Assembly: GCA_964504885.1 (NCBI GenBank)
Contig: CAZDGC010000020.1
Location: 3,552 to 67,551, forward strand
Direction: 5' to 3'
Source of the DNA: an uncultured Opitutus sp.
GTDB lineage: Bacteria; Verrucomicrobiota; Verrucomicrobiia; Opitutales; Opitutaceae
DNA: 64,000 nucleotides
Of the stretch, positions 36,994-47,003 are shown in pieces. The notes under the pieces are model-generated. The model did not search any database, had not been told where the DNA came from, and saw only the letters and a program-made list of their open reading frames with translations. Made by a program: the position numbers and the translations under genes. Each line of letters begins with the position of its first letter. Positions within the stretch are counted from its first letter, which is position 1.

Positions 36994-38627
36994 ACTTCGA
37001 ATCTCCCGATCCCGCCGGTCCGGTCCGATCGACCGATGTCTTCGACGTCCGGAGCGCCCTGCTCCGGATCTGGGACAGTTGCCGCATTCATGCCTGGCTG
37101 GTCGTGTTCTGCCCCCTTCTGACGGTCGGGCTGATCACGTTTTACGTGCTGAACTGGCAGCCGATCTACGTGGCGGAGGCGGTGCTGCTGGCGGAGCCGG
37201 AGCGCGACAGCTCCCGCGAGCAGTTTTATTATTTCTGGAACATGTTCCGGAAGGAGGATGTGAAGAGCGAAGTGAGTCTCATGACCTCGACCGCGGTCGT
37301 CGCCGAGGTCGTGAAGAAGCTCAACCTCACGTACGACGACGTCTATCATCCCTTCCTCAACCACGCGGCCTACCTCTGGACCCAATCGACGGTGGGCCGG
37401 ACCTACCGGCGGGTGAAGCAGTGGTTCTTCCCGCCCAAGCCAGGGCCGTATGTGCCCACGGAGGCGGAGGTCGATTTCGCCCGCACCGTGGCCGACTTCA
37501 AGGAGGGGGTCTCGATCACGCCCGTGCCGGAGTCGCACGTCGGCGCCCTGACGCTCAAAGGCCCGTCGCCGCGCGTGGCGGAAATCGCCAACGCCCTGAT
37601 CCACACCTCGCTGGAGCACCGCCGGCGGCGGTACATCGAGGAGGCCACCCATGCTTACAACGCGGTCAAGGCGGAGACCGACAAGGTCTATGCGGAGCTC
37701 AAGGCGCGGGAGGAGAGCCGGCGGCAGTTTTATGCCGACAACGGACTGCTGATGGAATTGGAGCGGGAGAAGATCGATGTGACCAACTACGCGTCGCTCG
37801 AGGCCTCGCTCGGCACGTTGCGGACGGAGCTGGCCGGGCTGGAGCAGAAGAAGGCCCTCCTGCAGCGGTTGCTGGCCAACGAGCCCAGCGAAACCATCAC
37901 GCAACGCACGGTGCAGCGCAACCCGCTGCGCCAGGAGGTCGAGCGGCTCAAGACCACCCTCGAAGCCCAACTGGCGGACAACCTGGTGCGGTACCGCGAG
38001 GACGCCCCGGAGATCGTCGAACTGCGCAAGCGGATCGCCGCCTTCGACGGACTGCTCAAGAGCATGGCCGAGGAGGCGAGCCACTCCAGCACCCGGGCGG
38101 TCAGCACGACGCGCGAAGCACTCGACAGCCAGCTCAAGAACACGGAGGTGGAAATCGCCGGCAAGCGGGCGACCCTCGAGGCCAAGGAAAAGCTGCTCTC
38201 GACCCTCCGACCGCGCCTGACGGAGATTCCCCGGCAAATCATCGAGCTGCGCCACCTGGGCCGCGAGGAGTCCGGGATCGAGAAGAAGTACGTGATCCTG
38301 CAGGAGCGCCTGATGATGGCGGAGGTCTCGATCTCCGCGGCGCGATCCGCTCCGGCCTCGCTCAAGGTGGTGGATTTCGCCGAGACCCCGTCCAAACCCG
38401 CCTGGCCACAGAACAAGCTGCTCTTCCCCGCGGCGTTGCTGCTGGGGCTGTTCGCCGGCGTCACGCTCGCGGTCTGCCTCGACCTGCTGGCGAGCCGCGT
38501 CACCGAAGCGCGGCTCAAATCCCAGGCGGCCGAGTACCCGCTGTTCGGGACGATCCGCGAGGTGCAGGGTGAACCGGTGCTCGACCTGCAACTGGCGCGG
38601 CTGCGGGTGCGCAGCCTGCCGGAGTGA
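36990..38627 (+). CDS. Polysaccharide co-polymerase (GumC/Wzc membrane-periplasmic half)
   Basis: N-terminal TM + PIYVAEA, long coiled coil, YREDAPEIV, VVDFAETP..P and a second TM. Confidence 0.85.
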   Translation: MNFESPDPAGPVRSTDVFDVRSALLRIWDSCRIHAWLVVFCPLLTVGLITFYVLNWQPIYVAEAVLLAEPERDSSREQFYYFWNMFRKEDVKSEVSLMTSTAVVAEVVKKLNLTYDDVYHPFLNHAAYLWTQSTVGRTYRRVKQWFFPPKPGPYVPTEAEVDFARTVADFKEGVSITPVPESHVGALTLKGPSPRVAEIANALIHTSLEHRRRRYIEEATHAYNAVKAETDKVYAELKAREESRRQFYADNGLLMELEREKIDVTNYASLEASLGTLRTELAGLEQKKALLQRLLANEPSETITQRTVQRNPLRQEVERLKTTLEAQLADNLVRYREDAPEIVELRKRIAAFDGLLKSMAEEASHSSTRAVSTTREALDSQLKNTEVEIAGKRATLEAKEKLLSTLRPRLTEIPRQIIELRHLGREESGIEKKYVILQERLMMAEVSISAARSAPASLKVVDFAETPSKPAWPQNKLLFPAALLLGLFAGVTLAVCLDLLASRVTEARLKSQAAEYPLFGTIREVQGEPVLDLQLARLRVRSLPE

Positions 38628-39451
38628 CCGCCATGCCGACGCCCCACCTTCCCGCTTCCCGCTCGTTGCCCGAACCTGGCGGCCGCGCCCTGGCCGTCGG
38701 GAAACCTCATGCCCTCGCGGAATCGGCCGGATTCGAGGCCATCTTCCGCCTCTTTCTCGCCGTGCCGGCAGACCCCCGGCTCGCGGCGCGCGACACGGCG
38801 GTCACACTGGCGCGGGGCCTCTCGGCCCAGGTCGACGGCCGGTTGCTGTTGATCGATGCCCGTCTCGACACGCCGGCGCCGAAGGTCGTCTCCGACCATC
38901 CCGCCGAGCGGGGCCTCAGCGACCTGCTCGCCGAGCAGTCGCCGTGGCGGGAATCGCTGGCCGTTCCGCTCGAAGGCAATCTCGCCTTTCTCCCGCGCGG
39001 GAGTGCGCCGGCCCTGGCGCCGGCGCAGACGCGCGCACGGCTGTCGGCGCTGCTCGGCGAGCTGAGTTCCCTCTATTCCGTCGTCGTCCTGCTCGGCGGG
39101 CCGGTGGAGACGTCGGTCTCGACGCGGGCGATCGCGGGTTTCGCGGAGAAGTCGCTGCTCCTCGTGCGCGAGGACGACACCACCATGCATGAGTTGGACC
39201 GGAGTCGCGAGCTGCTGCTGGCGAGCCTCGTGCCGCAGGTGGAAGTGGTGCTGGTGAAACCGACCCTGACGTGGTCGCAACGGATCTTTGGTCCGCCGTG
39301 CGAAGCGATGGGTGCGCTGGCCTCCGGCGTCCGCCGGGGTGTCCGGGCCATTGGGCAGCGGTTGTCGCGACTCAAGTCGGATCAGGGGGCGCGGACGACG
39401 ATCCCCTGGCCGCGGCGAGCGCCCATCGAGGAAGCAAACAAGGGTTCCTGA
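38624..39451 (+). CDS. Degenerate CpsD/CapB-like (BY-kinase fold) protein
   Basis: Retains LLLIDARL and GLSDLL. No recognisable Walker A; the Walker B region reads YSVVVLLGGP. Confidence 0.6.
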   Translation: MTAMPTPHLPASRSLPEPGGRALAVGKPHALAESAGFEAIFRLFLAVPADPRLAARDTAVTLARGLSAQVDGRLLLIDARLDTPAPKVVSDHPAERGLSDLLAEQSPWRESLAVPLEGNLAFLPRGSAPALAPAQTRARLSALLGELSSLYSVVVLLGGPVETSVSTRAIAGFAEKSLLLVREDDTTMHELDRSRELLLASLVPQVEVVLVKPTLTWSQRIFGPPCEAMGALASGVRRGVRAIGQRLSRLKSDQGARTTIPWPRRAPIEEANKGS

Positions 39452-39452
39452 G

Positions 39453-40955
39453 ATGGCTCCGTCGAGCGCGGGTGACGGCCGGAGGGTGCTCGAACTGGCC
39501 TGGCTCCTCTCCTTCGCCGGGGCGGCGGCCGGGGCGGTGCTGGCGCTGTTCCTGGCGCCGGCGCACGTTCGGTTCGCGCTGGCGGGCGGCCTGGGCCTGC
39601 TGGCGGTGTTTGTGGTCTGCGGTAATGTGCGCCTGGGCCTGTTGTGGGCGCTGGTGCTCACGGCGCCCCTGGGGCTCTGCAAGCGTTTCCTCACGACGCC
39701 GAACATGGGCGGGGCCTCCGGGATCCAGATCGATGCGTGCGATCTCTTTCTGTTTCCCCTCGCGTTCCTGATTCTGCGTGAGATGCACGTCGGGCTGCGC
39801 CGGCCCTCGGGGTTTTCCTTCCCCACCACGGCGCGGTGGTGGCTGGCGCTCAGCGTGGTGGGAGGGCTGACGATCTTGACGGGGCCGTTCCGCACCCTTG
39901 CGACGTTCGAGGTAATCCGGATGCTGAAGCTCCTGCTGCTTCTGCTGGTGGTGGCCAACGAAGTCTCCCGGCTGCGGCAATTCCGGCATGTCTGCGCCGC
40001 CCTGATGCTCTCGCTCGTGGTCCAGTCGAGCCTCGCCGTCCTGCAATACGTCCTGCAGCGCCCCCTGGGCATGGAGGCGATTGGCGAGGCCAGCGCGGAA
40101 GCCGTCAACGCCCTTTCCCAAGGCACGCTGCAGACGCGCGAGTTTGTGTACCGGGTGAGCGCGCTGCTCGGGCACGCGAACTTCCTGGCGACCTTCGTGG
40201 CGGCGCACCTGCCGCTGGGGCTCGCGCTGCTGTTCACGCGCGCGCCCCTGCGGCTGCGCCTCCTCTGCGGCGTCGGCCTGGTGCTGGGGGCCACCGCCCT
40301 GATCCTGACGCTGTCCCGCACCGGCTGGCTGGCGGCCGGCGCCGCGCTGATCGGCGTGATGGTACTGACCCTGTTTCACCCCCGGCTGCGCGTGCAGTTT
40401 CCGCTGGGGCGGGTCGGCTTCTTTCTGGGCGTGGCCGCGATCGGGCTGGTGTTCTCGGGGAAAATCGGCGCGCGATTGTTCCAAAGCGACGAAGGGGCGG
40501 TGGATTTCCGCTGGGAGATGCTCGACGTGGCGTGGAAGATGGGTGAATCGAAACCGATTCTGGGGCGCGGGCTGAACAGCTTCGTCTTTCAGATGCCGCC
40601 GTTCACGCGCTACCTGAGCCCGGAGGGGGTGACGGAGCGGTACGGGACCACCTGGCCGGTCGTCCACAACATCTACGCCCTCTTCTGGGCGGAACTCGGG
40701 GCGATCGGCTCCCTGCTCTTTCTCGGTTTCTGCGCCAGCCTGCTGCGACTCGCCTGGCGCGCGCTGAAGTCACGGGACGAGGAGGCCTACGCGCTCGCGG
40801 CGGCCGGGCTCATGGCTTTCGTGGTGTTCCTGCTCGACTGGCTGGCGAGCTTCACCCTGCGGAACGACAACATGGCGCGGGTCCTGTTCATCTTCATCGG
40901 GCTGGTCGCCGCAGTGGTCCGCTGGAATCGCGCCCCCGACACCGCCGGCCGATGA
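39453..40955 (+). CDS. O-antigen ligase/Wzy-like polymerase
   Basis: Many TMs, HANF, TLSRTGW, PILGRGLNSF, VHNIY..AELGAIG. Confidence 0.88.
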   Translation: MAPSSAGDGRRVLELAWLLSFAGAAAGAVLALFLAPAHVRFALAGGLGLLAVFVVCGNVRLGLLWALVLTAPLGLCKRFLTTPNMGGASGIQIDACDLFLFPLAFLILREMHVGLRRPSGFSFPTTARWWLALSVVGGLTILTGPFRTLATFEVIRMLKLLLLLLVVANEVSRLRQFRHVCAALMLSLVVQSSLAVLQYVLQRPLGMEAIGEASAEAVNALSQGTLQTREFVYRVSALLGHANFLATFVAAHLPLGLALLFTRAPLRLRLLCGVGLVLGATALILTLSRTGWLAAGAALIGVMVLTLFHPRLRVQFPLGRVGFFLGVAAIGLVFSGKIGARLFQSDEGAVDFRWEMLDVAWKMGESKPILGRGLNSFVFQMPPFTRYLSPEGVTERYGTTWPVVHNIYALFWAELGAIGSLLFLGFCASLLRLAWRALKSRDEEAYALAAAGLMAFVVFLLDWLASFTLRNDNMARVLFIFIGLVAAVVRWNRAPDTAGR

Positions 40956-42424
40956 ACGCATCCGTCGAGAGCGGTCCGGGGCGGATCCTGGTGAACGCGG
41001 TCAGCCAGATGGGCGGCCGGCTCATCCTCACCGGGCTTCGCTTTCTCATCGTCGTGGTGATTACGAACACCGCCGGGGCGGGGGCCTTTGGCGACTACTC
41101 GCTGCTGCTGAGCCTGCTGGTGTTTGCGGACTTCCTGGTCGACTTCGGGATGACGGATGTGGCGGTGCGTTCGCTCAGCCAGGACCCGGGGAGGAAGGGA
41201 GTGATTCTGGCCGGACTGATCCGATCGAAAGTGCTCCTGCTGGTGGCCGCGGGCGCGGGGCTGGCGGGAGCGCTGCTGGCCCTGAAGGGACCGTCGCACC
41301 TGCTGGCCGAGGGGCTGGCGGCGTTGCCCGCGGTGGTGTCCTACGCGGGGGTGCTGGTTTTCCGGGCGGTGCTGAAATCCCGCTGGCGGATGCAGCGGGA
41401 AGTGCTGGCGGAAGTGGCGGGGGTGCTGGGGGCGCTGCCGCTGTACTGGCTCGCGGCGAAGTCCGGGGGCTCGGTGGCGGTCCTGATCGGCTGCTACAGC
41501 CTCTCCCGGCTGCTGAGCCTCGGCGTTCTCCTCGCGGGCAGCCGGGCGGAGCTGGGGCCGGTGGCATGGGATGGCGCAGTGGAGGAGTCGCGCGCGCTCG
41601 CGCGGCAGGCCTCCCCGCTCGGGGCGTCGCTGCTGCTGGTGTGCCTGTATGATGCCCTCGATCCGATCGTCCTCTCGCAGTTTCGCTCCGCCGAGGAGAT
41701 CGGCTGGTTTTCGGGGGCGATGCGGTTCGTCGCGCTGCTGGCGATGTTCATTTACCCGGTGGCGGATTCGGCCCTGCCGCTGCTGGCGGCGCGGTGGAAG
41801 GACGCGCGCGCGGCATTCCGGGAAACCCTCGCCACGACCATCCGCTGGGTCGCCCTGCTGGCGGGAGGTGGATTTTGTCTGCTGCTGGGGGCTTCGGATT
41901 TCCTGATTGGGCTGCTGGGGCGCGAAATGCTGCCCGCCGCCGACGTGCTGCGCGTGCTGGCCTTCGCCACTGTCGGCCGCTCGCTCATGTCGGTCATCCC
42001 GCCGGTGCTGATCGCCGCGGGCGGAATCCGCTACGCGCTCTGGCTCGCGGTCTTCGGGGTGCTCGGCAAGGCGGTGGTTCTGCTGTGGCTGGTGCCGCGG
42101 CACGGCGCGCTGGGCGCCGCCTTCGCCAACGTTCTGGGCGAAGGGTTGAGTCTGCTCGCGGCGTCCCTCGTGGTGCGCCGGCTGACCGGGTTTCCCGTGC
42201 CGTGGGGGCCGGTGTTCCTGGCCGCGCCGGCCTGTGCCGTGGCGCTGGGGGCGGTGGGGTGGCTGGGCCTGCTGGGCGGACTCGGCGGTGGTCTCCTGGC
42301 GGGCGCCGGATACGCGCTGATCGCCGGGGCAACGGGTCTCGTGCCGCGCGACCAGGTGCGGGAGATGCTCGCGCGGTTGCGCCGGCGACTGCCGGCGGCG
42401 GGAAGGGAGTCCGCCAGCCGATGA
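40952..42424 (+). CDS. Wzx-type flippase
   Basis: About 12-14 TMs, FGDYS, DFGM, EIGWFS, GALGAAFA. Confidence 0.88.
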   Translation: MNASVESGPGRILVNAVSQMGGRLILTGLRFLIVVVITNTAGAGAFGDYSLLLSLLVFADFLVDFGMTDVAVRSLSQDPGRKGVILAGLIRSKVLLLVAAGAGLAGALLALKGPSHLLAEGLAALPAVVSYAGVLVFRAVLKSRWRMQREVLAEVAGVLGALPLYWLAAKSGGSVAVLIGCYSLSRLLSLGVLLAGSRAELGPVAWDGAVEESRALARQASPLGASLLLVCLYDALDPIVLSQFRSAEEIGWFSGAMRFVALLAMFIYPVADSALPLLAARWKDARAAFRETLATTIRWVALLAGGGFCLLLGASDFLIGLLGREMLPAADVLRVLAFATVGRSLMSVIPPVLIAAGGIRYALWLAVFGVLGKAVVLLWLVPRHGALGAAFANVLGEGLSLLAASLVVRRLTGFPVPWGPVFLAAPACAVALGAVGWLGLLGGLGGGLLAGAGYALIAGATGLVPRDQVREMLARLRRRLPAAGRESASR

Positions 42425-43617
42425 AACCCGGGGCCACTCCGCTGTCTTCCGCGCGCATCGCCCTCGCGAGCCCCGGCATCGGGCTCGTGCAGCGGGGCTT
42501 CGAACGCATGTTTTCGGATCTGTTCGACGTGCTGCGCGACGAGGTCGACATCACCCTGATCAAGGGCGGCGGCCCGGTCTCGGCACGGGAATGGGTGCCG
42601 CGATTTCTGCCCCGCAACGGCCGGTTGCTCCGGGCCGTGCCACTGCACCTCCTCATCGGGCGCACGCGGATGCACGTGGAATGCCTGACCTTTGCCCTCG
42701 GCCTGCGGCGGTGGCTGCGCGCGGGCCGGTTCGACCTGGTGCATGTCATCGATCCGCCGCTCGCCCGGCTGCTGTTCAAGTTGAGGGCGCGCCTGCGCTT
42801 CCCCTGCCGGCTGCTCTTCACGGAGGGCACCGCGATGCCGCCCTCCGACTACCCGCCGGCGGACCACGTGCATCACATCTCTGCGGTCATGTACGAGGAG
42901 TCCCTTCGTTTCGGCTACCGCCGCGAAGACCAGACGCTGATCCCCGCCGGCATCCGGCCCGACCGCTTTGCCCCGACGCGGGATCGCGCGGCCCTGCGCG
43001 CGAAACACGGCGTGTCGCCCCAGACCTTTGTTGTCCTGAGTGTGGCCGCGCTGAGCCGCGCGCACAAACGCATCGATCATCTCGTGGAAGAGTTCCAGCG
43101 CCTGGATGGCGACTGCCTGCTGTGGCTCGATGGCAGCATGGACCACGGCGATCCGGATCTGCCCGCCTGGGTGCGCAGCCGCCTGGGAGGCCGCTGCCGG
43201 ATCACCCGCGTGCCATCGGCGGAAGTCGGCGAACTCTACCACCTGGCGGACGTGAAAGTGCTCGCCTCGATCCGCGAGTCGTTCGGCCTGGTGATCCCGG
43301 AGGCGCTGGCCTGCGGCACGCCGGTGCTGGCCCACGACTCGCCCCATTTCCGCTGGCTCGTGGGGGCGCCGGAAAACCTGGTCGACATGACCAGGGCGGG
43401 AGCTCTGGCCGCGCGGCTGCGCCTCCTGCGGGATTCCCCGGCGGAGCGGACCCGGTTGTGCCGGCGGGAGGAGACCCTCGGCTGGCTGGATTGGCGCCAC
43501 CTGCGGCCCCAGTATCTTGCCCTCTACGCCAAGGTGCTTGCCTCGCCCGCGAGCCCGTGGGGATGTCGTCCGGGAGATTCCGGCCGGATATCCCCGGGCG
43601 GACTGAGTTCGATCTGA
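42421..43617 (+). CDS. Glycosyltransferase family 4
   Basis: HKRID, ESFGLVIPEALACGTPV. Confidence 0.9.
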   Translation: MKPGATPLSSARIALASPGIGLVQRGFERMFSDLFDVLRDEVDITLIKGGGPVSAREWVPRFLPRNGRLLRAVPLHLLIGRTRMHVECLTFALGLRRWLRAGRFDLVHVIDPPLARLLFKLRARLRFPCRLLFTEGTAMPPSDYPPADHVHHISAVMYEESLRFGYRREDQTLIPAGIRPDRFAPTRDRAALRAKHGVSPQTFVVLSVAALSRAHKRIDHLVEEFQRLDGDCLLWLDGSMDHGDPDLPAWVRSRLGGRCRITRVPSAEVGELYHLADVKVLASIRESFGLVIPEALACGTPVLAHDSPHFRWLVGAPENLVDMTRAGALAARLRLLRDSPAERTRLCRREETLGWLDWRHLRPQYLALYAKVLASPASPWGCRPGDSGRISPGGLSSI

Positions 43618-43628
43618 AACCGACTTCC

Positions 43629-44825
43629 GTGGACCCGTCCCTTCCTCCCTCCTTCCTTGCGGTCAGCGGCGCCGGCCGTGCACCGGCCTCCTCGGCCGGT
43701 CAGTTGGCGACCTCCGGCCCCGCACTGGGTCCAGCGGAACTCGCGGCGGTGGCGGAGGTGTTTGCCAGTGGCTACCTGGGCATGGGCGAGGAGGTCCGGC
43801 AGTTCGAGGCCGAGCTGGCAGCCTTCCTGGGGGGCGGCAGGGAGGTGGTGGCCACGAGTTCCGGCACGAGTGCGATGCACCTGGCGTGCGCCGTGGCCGG
43901 CCTCGGACCGGGCGATGAAGTGCTGGTTCCGGCCCTCACCTTCGTGGCTTCCTTCCAGGCGATCGCGGCGACCGGCGCCCGGCCGGTGGCGTGCGACATT
44001 CTGCCGCGCAGCGGGCTGCTCGATCTGGCCGACGCGGAACGACGCCGCACCCCGCGCACGCGGGCCGTCCTGCCGGTCCATTATGCCGGATATGCGGGCA
44101 ATCTGGACGAGATCCTGGACTATGCCCGCCGCCACGGGCTGCGCGTCATCGAGGATGCCGCCCACGCCTTCGGCAGCCGGCGCGCCGGGCGGCTGGTGGG
44201 GTCGTTTGGCGATCTCACGTGTTTCAGCTTCGATCCCATCAAGAACATCACCTGCGGGGAGGGCGGCGCGGTGGTCACCCGCGAGGCGGAGACCGCGCGC
44301 CGGCTGCGGGCGATGCGCCGGCTGGGCATCGAGGCGAGGCCGGCCGATCCCGCCGCCGATCCCTGCGACCCGGCCGCGTTCGGCTATGATGTCGCCGGGC
44401 CCGGCTGGCGCTACCATCTGCCCAACCTGCTCGCCGCGATCGGCCGGGTGCAGTTGCGGCGCTTCGAGACCGAACTCCGTCCGCACCGGCTGGCGCTGGC
44501 GGACTTGTATCGAAGCCAGTTGGACGGAGTGCCGGGGGTGACGCTCCTCGACACGGAACCGGGGGTCGTGCCCCACCTCTTCGCCCTGCGGGTGCCGGCG
44601 GCGCGGCGCGAACCGCTGCGCGAACACCTCCGGCAGGCCGGATTCGGGACCCTGGTGCAGTACCCGCCGGCCCACCGCTTCACCCGGTTCCGCTCGGCGT
44701 CGCTGCCGGAGGCGGAACGCTGGTTTCGCGAGTCCTTCACCCTGCCGCTGCATCACGGGGTCTCGCCCGCGGCTGTGCGGGAGATAGGCGGAATCATCCG
44801 GACCCACTTTTCCCCTTCCCGCTGA
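43629..44825 (+). CDS. DegT/DnrJ/EryC1/StrS aminotransferase
   Basis: SSGTSAMHLA, GPGDEV, PVHYAG, IEDAAHAFG, FSFDPIKNITCGEGG. Start uncertain. Confidence 0.92.
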   Translation: MDPSLPPSFLAVSGAGRAPASSAGQLATSGPALGPAELAAVAEVFASGYLGMGEEVRQFEAELAAFLGGGREVVATSSGTSAMHLACAVAGLGPGDEVLVPALTFVASFQAIAATGARPVACDILPRSGLLDLADAERRRTPRTRAVLPVHYAGYAGNLDEILDYARRHGLRVIEDAAHAFGSRRAGRLVGSFGDLTCFSFDPIKNITCGEGGAVVTREAETARRLRAMRRLGIEARPADPAADPCDPAAFGYDVAGPGWRYHLPNLLAAIGRVQLRRFETELRPHRLALADLYRSQLDGVPGVTLLDTEPGVVPHLFALRVPAARREPLREHLRQAGFGTLVQYPPAHRFTRFRSASLPEAERWFRESFTLPLHHGVSPAAVREIGGIIRTHFSPSR

Positions 44826-44834
44826 ATCCCGCCC

Positions 44835-45581
44835 ATGGCCAATCCCGCCAAACTCCTCCTCGCCCACGGCTTTCTCGGGGCGCTCCGCGTCACCGAATTC
44901 ATCATCCGGTACGCGTCGGCGACGGGGCGTCAGCCCGTGCTCGACCTGCAGGCGTTTCCCTGGGCGGCCCCGCTCGAGGCCGGCGCCGCCGCGATTCGGG
45001 AGGAGTTGCGCGAGGTGCTGACCGAGCGGGAGAAGATCCCGAACTTCCAGGACGTCTCGGAGCCGCAACGCGTGCTCACCCAGGACTCCGGCTGGAAAAC
45101 CTACTTCTTCTTCCTCGCCGGGCAGCCGGTGGTCGCGAACTGCGCGCGCTGTCCGCGGACGGCGGCGCTGCTCCGGAAAGTGCCCGGCATGCACAATGCG
45201 CTCTTCTCAATTTTGGCCCCGCACAAACACATCCCCGAACACCGCGGTGTTTACAACGGGCTGCTGCGGTTTCACCTGGCCCTGATCGTCCCCCGCGAGG
45301 CCGGGCGGGTCCGCATCCACGTGGATGGCCGGCCGTATCATTGGACCGAGGGGAAGGGGTTTCTCTTCGACGACTCCTTCCGCCACGAGGTGTGGAACGA
45401 CACCGAGGAGGAACGGGTGATCTTGATGGTGGATGTGGAACGGCCCCTCTGGGTTCCGCTGCGCTGGCTCAACCGCGCCGTCCTGTGGGTGCTGGGCCGC
45501 ACGTCGATTGCCCGCCGCCCACTGGAGAAACTCAACCGGCGCGCCGACATCGAACTGCCGCCTCCCGGCGCCGCCGCATGA
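44835..45581 (+). CDS. Aspartyl/asparaginyl beta-hydroxylase domain protein (LpxO-like Fe/2OG dioxygenase)
   Basis: CPRTAALL, FSILAP..HIPEHRG, LRFHLAL, WTEG..FDDSFRHEVWN, RVILMVD. Confidence 0.9.
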   Translation: MANPAKLLLAHGFLGALRVTEFIIRYASATGRQPVLDLQAFPWAAPLEAGAAAIREELREVLTEREKIPNFQDVSEPQRVLTQDSGWKTYFFFLAGQPVVANCARCPRTAALLRKVPGMHNALFSILAPHKHIPEHRGVYNGLLRFHLALIVPREAGRVRIHVDGRPYHWTEGKGFLFDDSFRHEVWNDTEEERVILMVDVERPLWVPLRWLNRAVLWVLGRTSIARRPLEKLNRRADIELPPPGAAA

Positions 45582-45615
45582 AGCGCTCGTCACCCCGCTG
45601 CCGCGCCGCCCTGCC

Positions 45616-46818
45616 ATGAGGATTGCCATCATCGGCGACCGCGGCATCCCCGCGCGCTACAGCGGCTTCAGCACGCTGGTGGAGGAACTGGCCGTGCGGC
45701 TCGTGGCCCGGCACGGCTGCGACGTCACGGTGTATGGCCGGCGCCCCTACTTCGACTCGCATCCGCCGGCCTATCGCGGCGTCCGCCTCGTCTGGCTGCC
45801 GGCCCCCGGGGGCAAGAGCTTCGAGAGCATCGTGCACACCAACCTGTCCGTCCTGCACGCGACCGCGCGCGGCCGGTTCGACCTCGTCTTCATCGTCGAC
45901 CCGGGCAACGGCCCCTTCTGCCTGCCGCTCAAGCTCCGCTCCGTGCCCGTCGTCTATCACACCGACGGCCTGGGCTGGAAACGCACCAAGTGGAACGCGC
46001 TCCAGCGGCGCTACTACCAATGGTCGGAACGGGCGACCTCGCGCCTCGCGAACTGGCTGGTGACGGATTCGCGCGCCATGGTGGAGTATTACCGGAAGCA
46101 CTACGCCGTGCCGTGCTCGTTCATTCCCTACGGCAGCGTCGTCGGCGCGCCGCCCGACGACACCGCCCTGGCCCGGCACGGCCTGCGGCCCGGGGAGTAT
46201 TACCTGCTGGTGGCGCGGATGGAGCCGGAGAACAACTCGCTCCTGGTGATCCGCGAATTCAAGCGCACCCGCACGCGCCGGCCGCTCGTCGTGGTGGGCG
46301 GTGTGCCTTACGAGTCGCCCTACGCCCGGGCCGTGATGGCCGAAGCCGACGAGCGCGTCAGAATCATCGGCTCAGTGTACGACTCCGGCCAGTTGAACGG
46401 ACTCTGGCGGAACTGCACCGCCTACCTGCACGCCCACGAGGTCGGAGGAACCAACCCGAGCCTGTTGCGCGCCATGGGCGCGGGGTGCGCCTGCCTGGTT
46501 CTCGGCGTCGATTTCAATCGCGAAGTCGTCGGCCTCGACGCCCCCTTCTTCACCCGCGACGCCGGCAGCCTCTCGCAACAGGTCGATCAACTCGATGCCG
46601 ACGAGGAGGCCCGGTCGCGGCTGGCCGCGGCGCTGCAGGCGCGCGCCCGGGAAGCGTACCGCTGGGACGCCGTCGCGGCCGCTTATGCGGCGATGTTTCG
46701 CGACGTCATCGCCTGGCGACAGGGAAGACTCGACCGCGCCGCGCTGGCCGCAGCGGAGTATTATCGCCCGCGGGAGTTCGGCCCCGGCGCGGAGGAGTGG
46801 AGCGCACCGGGAGCCTGA
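45616..46818 (+). CDS. GT4 glycosyltransferase with DUF1972 N-terminus
   Basis: IIGDRGIPARYSGF, DGLGWKRTKW, ARMEPENN, HEVGGTNPSLL. Confidence 0.9.
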   Translation: MRIAIIGDRGIPARYSGFSTLVEELAVRLVARHGCDVTVYGRRPYFDSHPPAYRGVRLVWLPAPGGKSFESIVHTNLSVLHATARGRFDLVFIVDPGNGPFCLPLKLRSVPVVYHTDGLGWKRTKWNALQRRYYQWSERATSRLANWLVTDSRAMVEYYRKHYAVPCSFIPYGSVVGAPPDDTALARHGLRPGEYYLLVARMEPENNSLLVIREFKRTRTRRPLVVVGGVPYESPYARAVMAEADERVRIIGSVYDSGQLNGLWRNCTAYLHAHEVGGTNPSLLRAMGAGCACLVLGVDFNREVVGLDAPFFTRDAGSLSQQVDQLDADEEARSRLAAALQARAREAYRWDAVAAAYAAMFRDVIAWRQGRLDRAALAAAEYYRPREFGPGAEEWSAPGA

Positions 46819-47003
46819 CCGGGGAGCGGAGCAGGCCGCCGACCGGCGATAAGGGAGCCTCACAAGCCACGGCTACAGGCATTACTTCGGGTGCTGGCTC
46901 GCGGCGAAGCGTGTCGCCGGTTGATTAGGGATTGCGATGCGGGTGATAAGTTACTGAATTGCGTTTGTTCCCACTCGGGTGGCCCGCACCCGCCCTTTTC
47001 GTC

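Noticed and set aside
46860..47000. AT-richer stretch before the priming transferase
   Set aside because: Probably a promoter region, but I could not support any specific -35/-10, sigma-54 or ops/JUMPstart motif.
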